NCBI GenBank assembly: GCA_964057225.1
Contig: CAXKVF010000102.1
Location: 1 to 64,000, forward strand
DNA length: 64,000 bases
From: Auanema rhodensis
Taxonomy: Eukaryota > Animalia > Nematoda
Direction of reading: 5' to 3'
Shown: piece after piece, positions 1-11,409 of the stretch
Layout: the number at the start of each line of letters is the position of its first letter
Numbering within the stretch: position 1 is the stretch's first letter
Made by a program: the position numbers and the translations under genes
Notes under the pieces: model-generated
The model's input: the letters and a program-made list of their open reading frames with translations, nothing else
The model's database searches: none
Told to the model about the DNA's origin: nothing

Positions 1-120
1 TAACTCGCTTCACGTGAAAGATAAAGAGATGCGGTTTTCAAAATTAGATTCCCCATGTCCATATTAGTCTAAAAACCAATTTTTATTGATATTGGTGCAT
101 GGTAACCATGACTTTGAAAT

Positions 121-161
121 TTACGTGAACTTTAATTTATGCTAATTAAATGTACACGTGA
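121..161. other. Imperfect 41-bp inverted repeat present in every monomer (first copy shown)
   Basis: TTACGTGAAC-TTTAATT-[TATGCT]-AATTAAA-T-GTACACGTGA: perfect 7-bp inner stem, one bulged T, then an outer stem of 8 Watson-Crick pairs, one G.T and one mismatch. Confidence 0.85.
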
Positions 162-1056
162 TGTGCCCTTGGTATGTAACTCGCTTCACGTGAAAGATAA
201 AGAGATACGGTTTTCAAAATTAGATTCCCCATGTCCATATTAGTCTAAAAACCAATTTTTATTGATATTGGTGCATGGTAACCATGACTTTGAAATTTAC
301 GTGAACTTTAATTTATGCTAATTAAATGTACACGTGATGTGCACTTGGTATGTAACTCGCTTCACGTGAAAGATAAAGAGATGCGGTTTTCAAAATTAGA
401 TTCCCCATGTCCATATTAGTCTAAAAACAAATTTTTATTGATATTGGTTCATGGTAAACATGACTTTGAAATTTACGTGAACTTTAATTTATGCTAATTA
501 AATGTACACGTGATGTGCACTTGGTATGTAACTCGCTTCACGTGAAAGATAAAGAGATGCGGTTTTCAAAATTAGATTCCCCATGTCCATATTAGTCTAA
601 AAACAAATTTTTATTGATATTGGTTCATGGTAAACATGACTTTGAAATTTACGTGAACTTTAATTTATGCTAATTAAATGTACACGTGATGTGCACTTGG
701 TATGTAACTCGCTTCACGTGAAAGATAAAGAGATGCGGTTTTCAAAATTAGATTCCCCATGTCCATATTAGTCTAAAAACCAATTTTTATTGATATTGGT
801 GCATGGTAACCATGACTTTGAAATTTACGTGAACTTTAATTTATGCTAATTAAATGTACACGTGATGTGCACTTGGTATGTAACTCGCTTCACGTGAAAG
901 ATAAAGAGATGCGGTTTTCAAAATTAGATTCCCCATGTCCATATTAGTCTAAAAACAAATTTTTATTGATATTGGTTCATGGTAACCATGACTTTGAAAT
1001 TTACGTGAACTTTAATTTATGCTAATTAAATGTACACGTGATGTGCACTTGGTATG

Positions 1057-4000
1057 TAACTCGCTTCACGTGAAAGATAAAGAGATGCGGTTTTCAAAAT
1101 TAGATTCCCCATGTCCATATTAGTCTAAAAACCAATTTTTATTGATATTGGTGCATGGTAACCATGACTTTGAAATTTACGTGAACTTTAATTTATGCTA
1201 ATTAAATGTACACGTGATGTGCACTTGGTATGTAACTCGCTTCACGTGAAAGATAAAGAGATGCGGTTTTCAAAATTAGATTCCCCATGTCCATATTAGT
1301 CTAAAAACAAATTTTTATTGATATCGGTTCATGGTAACCATGACTTTGAAATTTACGTGAACTTTAATTTATGCTAATTAAATGTACACGTGATGTGCAC
1401 TTGGTATGTAACTCGCTTCACGTGAAAGATAAAGAGATGCGGTTTTCAAAATTAGATTCCCCATGTCCATATTAGTCTAAAAACAAATTTTTATTGATAT
1501 TGGTTCATGGTAACCATGACTTTGAAATTTACGTGAACTTTAATTTATGCTAATTAAATGTACACGTGATGTGCACTTGGTATGTAACTCGCTTCACGTG
1601 AAAGATAAAGAGATGCGGTTTTCAAAATTAGATTCCCCATGTCCATATTAGTCTAAAAACAAATTTTTATTGATATTGGTTCATGGTAACCATGACTTTG
1701 AAATTTACGTGAACTTTAATTTATGCTAATTAAATGTACACGTGATGTGCACTTGGTATGTAACTCGCTTCACGTGAAAGATAAAGAGATGCGGTTTTCA
1801 AAATTAGATTCCCCATGTCCATATTAGTCTAAAAACAAATTTTTATTGATATTGGTTCATGGTAAACATGACTTTGAAATTTACGTGAACTTTAATTTAT
1901 GCTAATTAAATGTACACGTGATGTGCACTTGGTATGTAACTCGCTTCACGTGAAAGATAAAGAGATGCGGTTTTTAAAATTAGATTCTCCATGTCCATAT
2001 TAGTCTAAAAACAAATTTTTATTGATATTGGTTCATGGTAAACATGACTTTGAAATTTACGTGAACTTTAATTTATGCTAATTAAATGTACACGTGATGT
2101 GCACTTGGTATGTAACTCGCTTCACGTGAAAGATAAAGAGATGCGGTTTTCAAAATTAGATTCCCCATGTCCATATTAGTCTAAAAACAAATTTTTATTG
2201 ATATTGGTTCATGGTAAACATGACTTTGAAATTTACGTGAACTTTAATTTATGCTAATTAAATGTACACGTGATGTGCACTTGGTATGTAACTCGCTTCA
2301 CGTGAAAGATAAAGAGATGCGGTTTTCAAAATTAGATTCCCCATGTCCATATTAGTCTAAAAACAAATTTTTATTGATATTGGTTCATGGTAAACATGAC
2401 TTTGAAATTTACGTGAACTTTAATTTATGCTAATTAAATGTACACGTGATGTGCACTTGGTATGTAACTCGCTTCACGTGAAAGATAAAGAGATGCGGTT
2501 TTCAAAATTAGATTCCCCATGTCCATATTAGTCTAAAAACCAATTTTTATTGATATTGGTGCATGGTAACCATGACTTTGAAATTTACGTGAACTTTAAT
2601 TTATGCTAATTAAATGTACACGTGATGTGCACTTGGTATGTAACTCGCTTCACGTGAAAGATAAAGAGATGCGGTTTTCAAAATTAGATTCCCCATGTCC
2701 ATATTAGTCTAAAAACAAATTTTTATTGATATTGGTTCATGGTAAACATGACTTTGAAATTTACGTGAACTTTAATTTATGCTAATTAAATGTACACGTG
2801 ATGTGCACTTGGTATGTAACTCGCTTCACGTGAAAGATAAAGAGATGCGGTTTTCAAAATTAGATTCCCCATGTCCATATTAGTCTAAAAACCAATTTTT
2901 ATTGATATTGGTGCATGGTAACCATGACTTTGAAATTTACGTGAACTTTAATTTATGCTAATTAAATGTACACGTGATGTGCACTTGGTATGTAACTCGC
3001 TTCACGTGAAAGATAAAGAGATGCGGTTTTCAAAATTAGATTCCCCATGTCCATATTAGTCTAAAAACAAATTTTTATTGATATCGGTTCATGGTAACCA
3101 TGACTTTGAAATTTACGTGAACTTTAATTTATGCTAATTAAATGTACACGTGATGTGCACTTGGTATGTAACTCGCTTCACGTGAAAGATAAAGAGATGC
3201 GGTTTTCAAAATTAGATTCCCCATGTCCATATTAGTCTAAAAACAAATTTTTATTGATATTGGTTCATGGTAACCATGACTTTGAAATTTACGTGAACTT
3301 TAATTTATGCTAATTAAATGTACACGTGATGTGCACTTGGTATGTAACTCGCTTCACGTGAAAGATAAAGAGATGCGGTTTTCAAAATTAGATTCCCCAT
3401 GTCCATATTAGTCTAAAAACAAATTTTTATTGATATTGGTTCATGGTAACCATGACTTTGAAATTTACGTGAACTTTAATTTATGCTAATTAAATGTACA
3501 CGTGATGTGCACTTGGTATGTAACTCGCTTCACGTGAAAGATAAAGAGATGCGGTTTTCAAAATTAGATTCCCCATGTCCATATTAGTCTAAAAACAAAT
3601 TTTTATTGATATTGGTTCATGGTAAACATGACTTTGAAATTTACGTGAACTTTAATTTATGCTAATTAAATGTACACGTGATGTGCACTTGGTATGTAAC
3701 TCGCTTCACGTGAAAGATAAAGAGATGCGGTTTTTAAAATTAGATTCTCCATGTCCATATTAGTCTAAAAACAAATTTTTATTGATATTGGTTCATGGTA
3801 AACATGACTTTGAAATTTACGTGAACTTTAATTTATGCTAATTAAATGTACACGTGATGTGCACTTGGTATGTAACTCGCTTCACGTGAAAGATAAAGAG
3901 ATGCGGTTTTCAAAATTAGATTCCCCATGTCCATATTAGTCTAAAAACAAATTTTTATTGATATTGGTTCATGGTAAACATGACTTTGAAATTTACGTGA

Positions 4001-4400
4001 ACTTTAATTTATGCTAATTAAATGTACACGTGATGTGCACTTGGTATGTAACTCGCTTCACGTGAAAGATAAAGAGATGCGGTTTTCAAAATTAGATTCC
4101 CCATGTCCATATTAGTCTAAAAACAAATTTTTATTGATATTGGTTCATGGTAAACATGACTTTGAAATTTACGTGAACTTTAATTTATGCTAATTAAATG
4201 TACACGTGATGTGCACTTGGTATGTAACTCGCTTCACGTGAAAGATAAAGAGATGCGGTTTTCAAAATTAGATTCCCCATGTCCATATTAGTCTAAAAAC
4301 CAATTTTTATTGATATTGGTGCATGGTAACCATGACTTTGAAATTTACGTGAACTTTAATTTATGCTAATTAAATGTACACGTGATGTGCACTTGGTATG
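1057..4400. repeat. Higher-order tandem duplication, 10-monomer (1760 bp) period
   Basis: The private T93C variant (ATATCGG) occurs at 1325 and 3085, and C39T+C52T monomers at 1975 and 3735, both exactly 1760 bp apart. Monomer types m7-15 equal m17-25. Confidence 0.9.
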
Positions 4401-7040
4401 TAACTCGCTTCACGTGAAAGATAAAGAGATGCGGTTTTCAAAATTAGATTCCCCATGTCCATATTAGTCTAAAAACCAATTTTTATTGATATTGGTGCAT
4501 GGTAACCATGACTTTGAAATTTACGTGAACTTTAATTTATGCTAATTAAATGTACACGTGATGTGCACTTGGTATGTAACTCGCTTCACGTGAAAGATAA
4601 AGAGATGCGGTTTTCAAAATTAGATTCCCCATGTCCATATTAGTCTAAAAACAAATTTTTATTGATATGGGTTCATGGTAACCATGACTTTGAAATTTAC
4701 GTGAACTTTAATTTATGCTAATTAAATGTACACGTGATGTGCACTTGGTATGTAACTCGCTTCACGTGAAAGATAAAGAGATGCGGTTTTCAAAATTAGA
4801 TTCCCCATGTCCATATTAGTCTAAAAACAAATTTTTATTGATATTGGTTCATGGTAACCATGACTTTGAAATTTACGTGAACTTTAATTTATGCTAATTA
4901 AATGTACACGTGATGTGCACTTGGTATGTAACTCGCTTCACGTGAAAGATAAAGAGATGCGGTTTTCAAAATTAGATTCCCCATGTCCATATTAGTCTAA
5001 AAACAAATTTTTATTGATATTGGTTCATGGTAACCATGACTTTGAAATTTACGTGAACTTTAATTTATGCTAATTAAATGTACACGTGATGTGCACTTGG
5101 TATGTAACTCGCTTCACGTGAAAGATAAAGAGATGCGGTTTTCAAAATTAGATTCCCCATGTCCATATTAGTCTAAAAACAAATTTTTATTGATATTGGT
5201 TCATGGTAAACATGACTTTGAAATTTACGTGAACTTTAATTTATGCTAATTAAATGTACACGTGATGTGCACTTGGTATGTAACTCGCTTCACGTGAAAG
5301 ATAAAGAGATGCGGTTTTTAAAATTAGATTCTCCATGTCCATATTAGTCTAAAAACCAATTTTTATTGATATTGGTGCATGGTAACCATGACTTTGAAAT
5401 TTACGTGAACTTTAATTTATGCTAATTAAATGTACATGTGATGTGCACTTGGTATGTAACTCGCTTCACGTGAAAGATAAAGAGATGCGGTTTTCAAAAT
5501 TAGATTCCCCATGTCCATATTAGTCTAAAAACCAATTTTTATTGATATTGGTGCATGGTAACCATGACTTTGAAATTTACGTGAACTTTAATTTATGCTA
5601 ATTAAATGTACACGTGATGTGCCCTTGGTATGTAACTCGCTTCACGTGAAAGATAAAGAGATACGGTTTTCAAAATTAGATTCCCCATGTCCATATTAGT
5701 CTAAAAACCAATTTTTATTGATATTGGTGCATGGTAACCATGACTTTGAAATTTACGTGAACTTTAATTTATGCTAATTAAATGTACACGTGATGTGCAC
5801 TTGGTATGTAACTCGCTTCACGTGAAAGATAAAGAGATGCGGTTTTCAAAATTAGATTCCCCATGTCCATATTAGTCTAAAAACAAATTTTTATTGATAT
5901 TGGTTCATGGTAAACATGACTTTGAAATTTACGTGAACTTTAATTTATGCTAATTAAATGTACACGTGATGTGCCCTTGGTATGTAACTCGCTTCACGTG
6001 AAAGATAAAGAGATACGGTTTTCAAAATTAGATTCCCCATGTCCATATTAGTCTAAAAACCAATTTTTATTGATATTGGTGCATGGTAACCATGACTTTG
6101 AAATTTACGTGAACTTTAATTTATGCTAATTAAATGTACACGTGATGTGCACTTGGTATGTAACTCGCTTCACGTGAAAGATAAAGAGATGCGGTTTTCA
6201 AAATTAGATTCCCCATGTCCATATTAGTCTAAAAACAAATTTTTATTGATATGGGTTCATGGTAACCATGACTTTGAAATTTACGTGAACTTTAATTTAT
6301 GCTAATTAAATGTACACGTGATGTGCACTTGGTATGTAACTCGCTTCACGTGAAAGATAAAGAGATGCGGTTTTCAAAATTAGATTCCCCATGTCCATAT
6401 TAGTCTAAAAACAAATTTTTATTGATATTGGTTCATGGTAACCATGACTTTGAAATTTACGTGAACTTTAATTTATGCTAATTAAATGTACACGTGATGT
6501 GCACTTGGTATGTAACTCGCTTCACGTGAAAGATAAAGAGATGCGGTTTTCAAAATTAGATTCCCCATGTCCATATTAGTCTAAAAACAAATTTTTATTG
6601 ATATTGGTTCATGGTAACCATGACTTTGAAATTTACGTGAACTTTAATTTATGCTAATTAAATGTACACGTGATGTGCACTTGGTATGTAACTCGCTTCA
6701 CGTGAAAGATAAAGAGATGCGGTTTTCAAAATTAGATTCCCCATGTCCATATTAGTCTAAAAACAAATTTTTATTGATATTGGTTCATGGTAAACATGAC
6801 TTTGAAATTTACGTGAACTTTAATTTATGCTAATTAAATGTACACGTGATGTGCACTTGGTATGTAACTCGCTTCACGTGAAAGATAAAGAGATGCGGTT
6901 TTTAAAATTAGATTCTCCATGTCCATATTAGTCTAAAAACCAATTTTTATTGATATTGGTGCATGGTAACCATGACTTTGAAATTTACGTGAACTTTAAT
7001 TTATGCTAATTAAATGTACATGTGATGTGCACTTGGTATG

Positions 7041-7744
7041 TAACTCGCTTCACGTGAAAGATAAAGAGATGCTGTTTTCAAAATTAGATTCCCCATGTCC
7101 ATATTAGTCTAAAAACCAATTTTTATTGATATTGGTGCATGGTAACCATGACTTTGAAATTTACGTGAACTTTAATTTATGCTAATTAAATGTACACGTG
7201 ATGTGCCCTTGGTATGTAACTCGCTTCACGTGAAAGATAAAGAGATACGGTTTTCAAAATTAGATTCCCCATGTCCATATTAGTCTAAAAACCAATTTTT
7301 ATTGATATTGGTGCATGGTAACCATGACTTTGAAATTTACGTGAACTTTAATTTATGCTAATTAAATGTACACGTGATGTGCACTTGGTATGTAACTCGC
7401 TTCACGTGAAAGATAAAGAGATGCTGTTTTCAAAATTAGATTCCCCATGTCCATATTAGTCTAAAAACCAATTTTTATTGATATTGGTGCATGGTAACCA
7501 TGACTTTGAAATTTACGTGAACTTTAATTTATGCTAATTAAATGTACACGTGATGTGCCCTTGGTATGTAACTCGCTTCACGTGAAAGATAAAGAGATAC
7601 GGTTTTCAAAATTAGATTCCCCATGTCCATATTAGTCTAAAAACCAATTTTTATTGATATTGGTGCATGGTAACCATGACTTTGAAATTTACGTGAACTT
7701 TAATTTATGCTAATTAAATGTACACGTGATGTGCACTTGGTATG
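7041..7744. repeat. Dimer (352 bp) tandem duplication
   Basis: G33T (ATGCTGTTTT) at 7073 and 7425, each followed by A167C and then G31A; m41-42 = m43-44. Confidence 0.9.
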
Positions 7745-10384
7745 TAACTCGCTTCACGTGAAAGATAAAGAGATGCGGTTTTCAAAATTAGATTCCCCAT
7801 GTCCATATTAGTCTAAAAACAAATTTTTATTGATATTGGTTCATGGTAAACATGACTTTGAAATTTACGTGAACTTTAATTTATGCTAATTAAATGTACA
7901 CGTGATGTGCACTTGGTATGTAACTCGCTTCACGTGAAAGATAAAGAGATGCGGTTTTCAAAATTAGATTCCCCATGTCCATATTAGTCTAAAAACAAAT
8001 TTTTATTGATATTGGTTCATGGTAAACATGACTTTGAAATTTACGTGAACTTTAATTTATGCTAATTAAATGTACACGTGATGTGCACTTGGTATGTAAC
8101 TCGCTTCACGTGAAAGATAAAGAGATGCGGTTTTCAAAATTAGATTCCCCATGTCCATATTAGTCTAAAAACCAATTTTTATTGATATTGGTGCATGGTA
8201 ACCATGACTTTGAAATTTACGTGAACTTTAATTTATGCTAATTAAATGTACACGTGATGTGCACTTGGTATGTAACTCGCTTCACGTGAAAGATAAAGAG
8301 ATGCGGTTTTCAAAATTAGATTCCCCATGTCCATATTAGTCTAAAAACAAATTTTTATTGATATTGGTTCATGGTAACCATGACTTTGAAATTTACGTGA
8401 ACTTTAATTTATGCTAATTAAATGTACACGTGATGTGCACTTGGTATGTAACTCGCTTCACGTGAAAGATAAAGAGATGCGGTTTTCAAAATTAGATTCC
8501 CCATGTCCATATTAGTCTAAAAACCAATTTTTATTGATATTGGTGCATGGTAACCATGACTTTGAAATTTACGTGAACTTTAATTTATGCTAATTAAATG
8601 TACACGTGATGTGCACTTGGTATGTAACTCGCTTCACGTGAAAGATAAAGAGATGCGGTTTTCAAAATTAGATTCCCCATGTCCATATTAGTCTAAAAAC
8701 AAATTTTTATTGATATGGGTTCATGGTAACCATGACTTTGAAATTTACGTGAACTTTAATTTATGCTAATTAAATGTACACGTGATGTGCACTTGGTATG
8801 TAACTCGCTTCACGTGAAAGATAAAGAGATGCGGTTTTCAAAATTAGATTCCCCATGTCCATATTAGTCTAAAAACAAATTTTTATTGATATTGGTTCAT
8901 GGTAACCATGACTTTGAAATTTACGTGAACTTTAATTTATGCTAATTAAATGTACACGTGATGTGCACTTGGTATGTAACTCGCTTCACGTGAAAGATAA
9001 AGAGATGCGGTTTTCAAAATTAGATTCCCCATGTCCATATTAGTCTAAAAACAAATTTTTATTGATATTGGTTCATGGTAAACATGACTTTGAAATTTAC
9101 GTGAACTTTAATTTATGCTAATTAAATGTACACGTGATGTGCACTTGGTATGTAACTCGCTTCACGTGAAAGATAAAGAGATGCGGTTTTTAAAATTAGA
9201 TTCTCCATGTCCATATTAGTCTAAAAACCAATTTTTATTGATATTGGTGCATGGTAACCATGACTTTGAAATTTACGTGAACTTTAATTTATGCTAATTA
9301 AATGTACATGTGATGTGCACTTGGTATGTAACTCGCTTCACGTGAAAGATAAAGAGATGCGGTTTTCAAAATTAGATTCCCCATGTCCATATTAGTCTAA
9401 AAACCAATTTTTATTGATATTGGTGCATGGTAACCATGACTTTGAAATTTACGTGAACTTTAATTTATGCTAATTAAATGTACACGTGATGTGCCCTTGG
9501 TATGTAACTCGCTTCACGTGAAAGATAAAGAGATACGGTTTTCAAAATTAGATTCCCCATGTCCATATTAGTCTAAAAACCAATTTTTATTGATATTGGT
9601 GCATGGTAACCATGACTTTGAAATTTACGTGAACTTTAATTTATGCTAATTAAATGTACACGTGATGTGCACTTGGTATGTAACTCGCTTCACGTGAAAG
9701 ATAAAGAGATGCGGTTTTCAAAATTAGATTCCCCATGTCCATATTAGTCTAAAAACAAATTTTTATTGATATTGGTTCATGGTAAACATGACTTTGAAAT
9801 TTACGTGAACTTTAATTTATGCTAATTAAATGTACACGTGATGTGCACTTGGTATGTAACTCGCTTCACGTGAAAGATAAAGAGATGCGGTTTTCAAAAT
9901 TAGATTCCCCATGTCCATATTAGTCTAAAAACAAATTTTTATTGATATTGGTTCATGGTAAACATGACTTTGAAATTTACGTGAACTTTAATTTATGCTA
10001 ATTAAATGTACACGTGATGTGCACTTGGTATGTAACTCGCTTCACGTGAAAGATAAAGAGATGCGGTTTTCAAAATTAGATTCCCCATGTCCATATTAGT
10101 CTAAAAACCAATTTTTATTGATATTGGTGCATGGTAACCATGACTTTGAAATTTACGTGAACTTTAATTTATGCTAATTAAATGTACACGTGATGTGCAC
10201 TTGGTATGTAACTCGCTTCACGTGAAAGATAAAGAGATGCGGTTTTCAAAATTAGATTCCCCATGTCCATATTAGTCTAAAAACCAATTTTTATTGATAT
10301 TGGTGCATGGTAACCATGACTTTGAAATTTACGTGAACTTTAATTTATGCTAATTAAATGTACACGTGATGTGCACTTGGTATG
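7745..10384. repeat. 15-monomer block duplicated at 13553-16192 (offset 33 monomers, 5808 bp)
   Basis: Same order of monomer types and markers: T93G at 8717/14525, C39T+C52T at 9191/14999, A167C at 9495/15303. Confidence 0.85.
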
Positions 10385-11050
10385 TAACTCGCTTCACGTG
10401 AAAGATAAAGAGATGCGGTTTTCAAAATTAGATTCCCCATGTCCATATTAGTCTAAAAACAAATTTTTATTGATATGGGTTCATGGTAAACATGACTTTG
10501 AAATTTACGTGAACTTTAATTTATGCTAATTAAATGTACACGTGATGTGCACTTGGTATGTAACTCGCTTCACGTGAAAGATAAAGAGATGCGGTTTTTA
10601 AAATTAGATTCTCCATGTCCATATTAGTCTAAAAACCAATTTTTATTGATATTGGTGCATGGTAACCATGACTTTGAAATTTACGTGAACTTTAATTTAT
10701 GCTAATTAAATGTACATGTGATGTGCACTTGGTATGTAACTCGCTTCACGTGAAAGATAAAGAGATGCGGTTTTCAAAATTAGATTCCCCATGTCCATAT
10801 TAGTCTAAAAACAAATTTTTATTGATATTGGTTCATGGTAAACATGACTTTGAAATTTACGTGAACTTTAATTTATGCTAATTAAATGTACACGTGATGT
10901 GCACTTGGTATGTAACTCGCTTCACGTGAAAGATAAAGAGATGCGGTTTTTAAAATTAGATTCTCCATGTCCATATTAGTCTAAAAACCAATTTTTATTG
11001 ATATTGGTGCATGGTAACCATGACTTTGAAATTTACGTGAACTTTAATTT

Positions 11051-11233
11051 ATGCTAATTAAATGTACATGTGATGTGCACTTGGTATGTAACTCGCTTCA
11101 CGTGAAAGATAAAGAGATGCGGTTTTCAAAATTAGATTCCCCATGTCCATATCAGTCTAAAAACAAATTTTTATTGATATTGGTTCATGGTAACCATGAC
11201 TTTGAAATTTACGTGAACTTTAATTTATGCTAA
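11051..11233 (+). other. Fortuitous 60-aa ORF in a satellite monomer (TAG>CAG at 11153); not considered a gene
   Basis: Listed in the ORF track. The sequence is an ordinary monomer except for T65C and C157T. The protein has no recognisable motif. Confidence 0.85.
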
Positions 11234-11409
11234 TTAAATGTACACGTGATGTGCACTTGGTATGTAACTCGCTTCACGTGAAAGATAAAGAGATGCGGTT
11301 TTCAAAATTAGATTCCCCATGTCCATATCAGTCTAAAAACCAATTTTTATTGATATTGGTGCATGGTAACCATGACTTTGAAATTTACGTGAACTTTAAT
11401 TTATGCTAA
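11227..11409 (+). other. Fortuitous 60-aa ORF in a satellite monomer (TAG>CAG at 11329); not considered a gene
   Basis: Listed in the ORF track. Same T65C variant in the adjacent monomer; overlaps the previous ORF by 7 nt (ATGCTAA). Confidence 0.85.

Noticed and set aside
1-176. CENP-B box
   Set aside because: No match to TTCG-N4-A-N2-CGGG on either strand; the monomer contains neither CGGG nor CCCG.
1-176. Identity with known ~176-178-bp satellites (Brassica CentBr, Arabidopsis CEN178, honeybee AluI repeat, primate alpha satellite)
   Set aside because: Only the length is similar. The monomer lacks the AAGCTT/AGCT sites that define the HindIII/AluI families, and I see no resemblance to the consensus sequences as I recall them. 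BLAST is needed to be definitive.
1-176. Tandem 5S rRNA, tRNA, snRNA or spliced-leader gene array
   Set aside because: No recognisable 5S sequence, tRNA cloverleaf or A/B boxes. AATTTTTATTG only loosely resembles an Sm site, and I recognise no known leader exon.
155-330. Budding-yeast-type point centromere (CDEI-CDEII-CDEIII)
   Set aside because: A CDEI-like octamer exists, but there is no adjacent ~80-bp >90% AT CDEII and no CCGAA CDEIII core, and point centromeres are not tandem arrays.
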